Positions 62,901 to 64,000 of a stretch of DNA of 64,000 nucleotides are shown here, in pieces. Source of the DNA: Bispira polyomma (Eukaryota); the NCBI GenBank assembly GCA_965649765.1, contig OZ287758.1, positions 45,198,001-45,262,000 on the forward strand, written 5' to 3'. The notes beneath the pieces were generated by a model. The model saw only the letters and a list, made by a program, of their open reading frames with translations, did no database searches and was not told where the DNA came from. The position numbers were made by a program, and so were the translations under genes. Numbering within the stretch: position 1 is the first letter of the stretch; every line of letters begins with the position of its first letter.

Positions 62901-63509
62901 GTGGTAGGTGTAGTGGTGGTAAGTGTAGTGGTGGTAGATGTAGTGGTAGTTGGTGTAGTAGTGGTAGGTGTTGTGGTGGTAGGTGTAGTGCTGGTAGGTG
63001 TAGTGGTCGTTGGTGTAGTGGTGGTTGGTGTTGTGGTAATATGTGTAGTGGTGGTTGGTGTAGTGGTGGTTGGTGTAGTAGTGGTTGGTGTAGTGGTGGT
63101 AGGTGTAGTGGTGGTAGGTGTAGTAATGGTAGGTGTAGTGGTGGTAGGTGTAGTGGTGGTTGGTGTAGTGGTGGTTGGTGTTGTGGTGGTATGTGTAGTA
63201 ATGGTAGGTGTAGTGGTGGTTGATGAAGATGTGAGAAGTGGAATACCTGTAACAGTCAAATATATATAATATATACCTAATACATTAAATGAACAATCGA
63301 GATTATGGTATTTAATACAAATTATGTTGAATTAAATAGGCTTTTTATACAAATAAATATCAACAATACTTACATCCAAGGACTTTGAGCTGAGATACCC
63401 TAACAGCAGGCTTGTTGGTCAATGCTGGTACCAAGCTATTGATTTTGACACGTTCAACTGTTTGAGGCAAGTCTTTTTTAAAACACTGCAAATTGCTTTC
63501 ATCAAAGGC
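11806..63509 (-). CDS. Giant mucin-like protein (5'-truncated by window): PTS tracts alternating with 21 copies of a Cys-bracketed ~140-aa domain; 45 exons, >=5,046 aa
   Basis: All exons listed below have AG/GT boundaries with compatible phases. Summed length is 15,141 nt, a multiple of 3, ending in TAG at 11806-11808. Order N->C: (PTS-B)x7, A', A, C, A, A, C, A, A, C, A, C, A, C, microexon, D. Confidence 0.85.
12063..12140 (+). mobile_element. tRNA-derived SINE head (degenerate)
   Basis: A-box-like TGACCTAGTGG and B-box-like GGTTCAAGT; a similar head occurs at ~38875-38945. Confidence 0.4.
12440..12675. repeat. Intronic minisatellite, ~4 x ~70 bp
   Basis: Recurrent gttcctataat..acaggtagtgt core. 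Confidence 0.65.
12702..12802 (-). CDS. Exon: D part 2 (GSTTLGEPYTVKAFTFGIQG...VQQS)
   Basis: cctacag|GT TCC ... AGT|gtatgt, 101 nt, phase 1-0; matches the FTLKRFCF / EPFDLLSF strand. Confidence 0.75.
13979..14474. mobile_element. Non-autonomous Harbinger-type MITE
   Basis: TIRs TGCCGTGGTGACACTGGGCT / AGCTCATTGTGACCAAGGCA, flanked by TAA and TGA (degenerate TWA target duplication). Confidence 0.5.
15857..15877. repeat. (AG)n microsatellite
   Basis: About 10 AG units adjoining the donor of exon 15883-16035. Confidence 0.9.
15883..16035 (-). CDS. Exon: terminal D domain part 1 (ACDDTSTSQESFFSSNGF...DTYTL)
   Basis: ttggtttcag|CA TGT ... TTG G|gtaggt, 153 nt; aligns by eye to the A domain (F-x-SN-x-F, P-x-x-A, SD-x-x-I, YTL). 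Confidence 0.75.
17660..18230 (-). mobile_element. DIRS-like (tyrosine-recombinase) retrotransposon relic: RNase H plus start of YR ORF
   Basis: HVDTSS, V*CDNAAVV and HIAGVKNVYANYLS match the RNase H motifs DAS / DN..VV / H.AG..N..AD.LS; followed by AFRDKTNQAYSK, resembling the YR N-terminus; stops and frameshifts present. Confidence 0.6.
18282..18302 (-). CDS. 21-nt microexon (linker DNPVTSL)
   Basis: ctttgttttattttag|AC AAC CCA GTG ACA AGC CTT G|gtgagt; phase 1-1, strong sites. Confidence 0.6.
18357..18631 (+). mobile_element. Helentron/HINE-like non-autonomous element
   Basis: ACTAG start, ccaaatttca core, acagac-type short repeats, ccttggtagaggta end. Confidence 0.4.
19475..19619 (-). 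CDS. Exon: C second half
   Basis: 145 nt, phase 0-1. Confidence 0.85.
20326..20609 (-). CDS. Exon: C first half
   Basis: 284 nt, phase 1-0. Confidence 0.85.
20665..21150 (-). mobile_element. Two adjacent old SINEs in the intron between A and C, co-amplified (also ~24620, 28320, 33555, 39235)
   Basis: Minus-strand B-box GGGTTCGAAT, tgtgggacag..tttcctccaccagtaaaactg body and gttaaaac tails, similar to the SINE at 21548. Confidence 0.55.
21237..21372 (-). CDS. Exon: A second half
   Basis: 136 nt, phase 0-1. Confidence 0.85.
21548..21791 (+). mobile_element. tRNA-derived SINE with target-site duplication
   Basis: A box TGGCCAAGTGG, B-box-like CTCGAATCC; ctagaaaaccg duplicated on both sides; the six paralogous introns lack the insert. 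Confidence 0.85.
22057..22556 (-). CDS. Exon: PTS + A first half
   Basis: 500 nt, phase 1-0. Confidence 0.85.
23445..23589 (-). CDS. Exon: C second half
   Basis: 145 nt, phase 0-1. Confidence 0.85.
24282..24565 (-). CDS. Exon: C first half
   Basis: 284 nt, phase 1-0. Confidence 0.85.
25193..25328 (-). CDS. Exon: A second half
   Basis: 136 nt, phase 0-1. Confidence 0.85.
25745..26253 (-). CDS. Exon: PTS + A first half
   Basis: 509 nt, phase 1-0. Confidence 0.85.
27143..27287 (-). CDS. Exon: C second half
   Basis: 145 nt, phase 0-1. Confidence 0.85.
27980..28263 (-). CDS. Exon: C first half
   Basis: 284 nt, phase 1-0. Confidence 0.85.
28891..29026 (-). CDS. Exon: A second half
   Basis: 136 nt, phase 0-1. 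Confidence 0.85.
29436..29944 (-). CDS. Exon: PTS + A first half
   Basis: 509 nt, phase 1-0. Confidence 0.85.
30449..30584 (-). CDS. Exon: A second half (variant ...IIACN)
   Basis: 136 nt, phase 0-1. Confidence 0.85.
31005..31513 (-). CDS. Exon: PTS + A first half
   Basis: 509 nt, phase 1-0. Confidence 0.85.
32380..32524 (-). CDS. Exon: C second half
   Basis: 145 nt, phase 0-1. Confidence 0.85.
33217..33500 (-). CDS. Exon: C first half
   Basis: 284 nt, phase 1-0. Confidence 0.85.
34128..34263 (-). CDS. Exon: A second half
   Basis: 136 nt, phase 0-1. Confidence 0.85.
34673..35181 (-). CDS. Exon: PTS + A first half
   Basis: 509 nt, phase 1-0. Confidence 0.85.
35686..35821 (-). CDS. Exon: A second half (variant ...IIACN)
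   Basis: 136 nt, G|gtaagg donor. Confidence 0.85.
36242..36750 (-). CDS. Exon: PTS + A first half
   Basis: taacag|AG AAG ACC ... ACA|gtaagt, 509 nt. Confidence 0.85.
37619..37763 (-). CDS. Exon: C second half (SRLDASEKH...LVTGCV)
   Basis: atttag|AGC ... GTA G|gtgagt, 145 nt, phase 0-1; not in the ORF track. Confidence 0.85.
38457..38740 (-). CDS. Exon: C first half (ARPIDDCPEGKRF...PTQQF)
   Basis: ctccag|CT CGT ... TTT|gtgagt, 284 nt, phase 1-0. Confidence 0.85.
39812..39947 (-). CDS. Exon: A second half (VLITKPAELNCF...IIACV)
   Basis: taaag|GTA ... GTT G|gtaaga, 136 nt. Confidence 0.85.
40366..40895 (-). CDS. Exon: PTS + A first half
   Basis: ttgtag|AT ACT ... ACA|gtaagt, 530 nt; acceptor chosen by phase compatibility. 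Confidence 0.8.
41420..41555 (-). CDS. Exon: A' second half (VVITKPGELRCI...IIGCT)
   Basis: tttcag|GTA ... ACT G|gtaaga, 136 nt. Confidence 0.85.
43334..44607 (+). pseudogene. Harbinger DDE transposase (HARBI1/DDE_Tnp_4-like) pseudogene
   Basis: WVKPWI, ATGESY..LSYQFRVGRSTI, GSIDGKRVAI, FFNYEGFHSIVLLALVDADY, LLGDDAF and NYRISRGRRV motifs, broken by stops and frameshifts. Confidence 0.9.
45197..45467. repeat. ~3 x ~95 bp minisatellite inside the Harbinger element
   Basis: Recurrent gtgtaatctgttt and ttgaact.tgggcca. Confidence 0.65.
45555..46860 (-). pseudogene. Harbinger Myb/SANT-like (MADF) DNA-binding protein pseudogene
   Basis: VDFVRNNEVLYN..FKDK....LWEEFA...VKTWFESQHTHFGKL..KKSGQG; acidic N-terminus, frameshifted S/Q-rich C-terminus. 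Confidence 0.85.
48476..48819 (-). CDS. Exon: short PTS + A' first half (IVCSVNEVF...QGSSTTTET)
   Basis: ttaaag|GT ATT CCT ... ACA|gtaagt, 344 nt, phase 1-0; clear paralogue of the A exons. Confidence 0.85.
49822..49957 (-). CDS. Exon: B second half (AFNENKLQCF...VLGC)
   Basis: tttcag|GCC ... T|gtaagt, 136 nt. Confidence 0.85.
50284..51162. mobile_element. 879-bp non-autonomous TIR element with TTAA duplication (Kolobok-like MITE)
   Basis: Perfect 21-bp TIR GGGTTTAGTAACGTAAACACA, TTAA on both sides; seven paralogous introns show the empty site cttcTTAAgtttg. Confidence 0.9.
51461..52242 (-). CDS. Exon: (PTTTT)n + B first half (divergent edge copy)
   Basis: 782 nt, phase 1-0. Confidence 0.87.
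52370..52505 (-). CDS. Exon: B second half
   Basis: 136 nt, phase 0-1. Confidence 0.85.
52603..52989 (-). mobile_element. L2/CR1 LINE endonuclease relic, repeated in every B-unit intron
   Basis: LDFNL (GDFN), LDQLVNFPTHIVGSIVDLVLT (Q.V..PTH..G..LDLVLT) and LKYLLYKHA (LLDKHAP) motifs; copies at 54420, 56222, 58023, 59824, 61821, 63607, and split by the MITE at ~50050-51320. Confidence 0.7.
53128..54059 (-). CDS. Exon: (PTTTT)n + B first half
   Basis: 932 nt, phase 1-0. Confidence 0.87.
54187..54322 (-). CDS. Exon: B second half
   Basis: 136 nt, phase 0-1. Confidence 0.85.
54945..55861 (-). CDS. Exon: (PTTTT)n + B first half
   Basis: 917 nt, phase 1-0. Confidence 0.87.
55989..56124 (-). CDS. 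Exon: B second half
   Basis: 136 nt, phase 0-1. Confidence 0.85.
56746..57662 (-). CDS. Exon: (PTTTT)n + B first half
   Basis: 917 nt, phase 1-0. Confidence 0.87.
57790..57925 (-). CDS. Exon: B second half
   Basis: 136 nt, phase 0-1. Confidence 0.85.
58547..59463 (-). CDS. Exon: (PTTTT)n + B first half
   Basis: 917 nt, phase 1-0. Confidence 0.87.
59591..59726 (-). CDS. Exon: B second half
   Basis: 136 nt, phase 0-1. Confidence 0.85.
60349..61460 (-). CDS. Exon: (PTTTT)n + B first half
   Basis: 1112 nt, phase 1-0. Confidence 0.87.
61588..61723 (-). CDS. Exon: B second half
   Basis: 136 nt, phase 0-1, same splice sites as the other copies. Confidence 0.85.
62345..63246 (-). CDS. Exon: (PTTTT)n + B-domain first half
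   Basis: ttacag|GT ATT CCA ... AAA AAG|gtttgt, 902 nt, phase 1-0. Confidence 0.87.
63374..63509 (-). CDS. Exon: B-domain second half (AFDESNLQCF...SQLKVLGC)
   Basis: tttcag|GCC ... GGA T|gtaagt, 136 nt, phase 0-1. Confidence 0.85.
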
Positions 63510-64000
63510 CTGAAATATATGTCACATATATTTATAAAAACAGAGTGTGATGTAGCTCTTTAGCGTATGTTGTAATATTTGTGGGCATATATGATGCACA
63601 AACAATTTAATCTGGGCTATTTGTATTTTTATTAGTCATTGACAGTGACATTTTTGCATGTTTATAAAGTAAATATTTTAGGGTATCGTAAAACAGGGAG
63701 TAGATATTGTCTAAATTCTTCTTTGAATTCATCAATAAGTCTGTTTGAAGTACCTCATTTCTGTGTGCCGTCTTGCCAATTTTATGGTATCGGTAAAACA
63801 TAATATCCTAGCTAGTGATCAGCAAAATCTTCTTAAGTTTGTGACCAGATTTCATGCTGATGGTTAAAACCAAATCTACAATGCTTCCTATGATGTGTGC
63901 TTGGAAATTTACCAATTGATCCAAGTCATTTTTGATAGATAATAAGCACCTGATTGGAAGGTTTACTCTATTGGTCAGATTAAAATCCAACACTTGTGCA

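Larger units (their letters stand above)
49800..64000 (-). repeat. Tandem array of ~1.8-2.0 kb B units, each containing a 15-bp coding VNTR (PTTTT)
   Basis: Seven large exons and eight small exons with near-identical introns; the array continues past the window end. Confidence 0.97.

Noticed and set aside
22282-63223. Cys/Gly/Trp-rich (CSGGW)n and His/Asn-rich ORFs resembling keratin-associated or metal-binding proteins
   Set aside because: Alternative frames of the same Thr/Pro repeats.
51371-63259. Each B unit as a separate single-exon gene (MTVTGIP...)
   Set aside because: The 'starts' are TTG codons inside the acceptor region and there is no signal peptide. The ORF tails vary by frameshift after the conserved donor AAG|gtttgt, and the domain is completed only by splicing.
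51759-63269. Plus-strand poly-(GVVVV) ORFs, also at 22304, 25992, 29683, 34920 and 40613
   Set aside because: They are antisense shadows of the ACN/CCN-rich PTTTT codons; they begin and end with the VNTR, and I found no independent splice structure.
49800-64000. Repeat-spacer periodicity suggestive of a CRISPR array
   Set aside because: The units are kb-sized exon-intron duplications and 15-bp coding VNTRs in spliceosomal eukaryotic DNA; there are no unique spacers or cas genes.

Overview
AT-rich eukaryotic (invertebrate, probably mollusc-like; inference) genomic DNA. It is dominated by the 3' ~52 kb of one giant minus-strand gene, which I assembled by hand from canonical GT-AG sites: 45 exons between 63509 and the stop codon at 11806, 15,141 coding nt (>=5,046 aa), with the 5' end beyond the window. 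The product is mucin-like: Thr/Pro-rich (PTTTT)n tracts alternate with 21 complete copies of a ~135-145 aa Cys-bracketed, beta-rich domain that I cannot assign firmly. The domain occurs as types B x7, A' x1, A x7, C x5 and a terminal D. Apart from the three-exon D, each domain is split over a phase 1-0 exon and a phase 0-1 exon. The gene is built from two tandem arrays: ~1.8-2.0 kb B units at 51-64 kb, and 3.7 kb A-C / 5,237 bp A-A-C units at 19-41 kb. Introns hold a decayed PIF/Harbinger transposon nested in a TTAA-flanked MITE, a second copy of that MITE, SINEs, and LINE and DIRS relics. Left of the gene lie a ~1.2 kb-arm inverted repeat and the start of a probable ankyrin-repeat gene that runs off the window edge.
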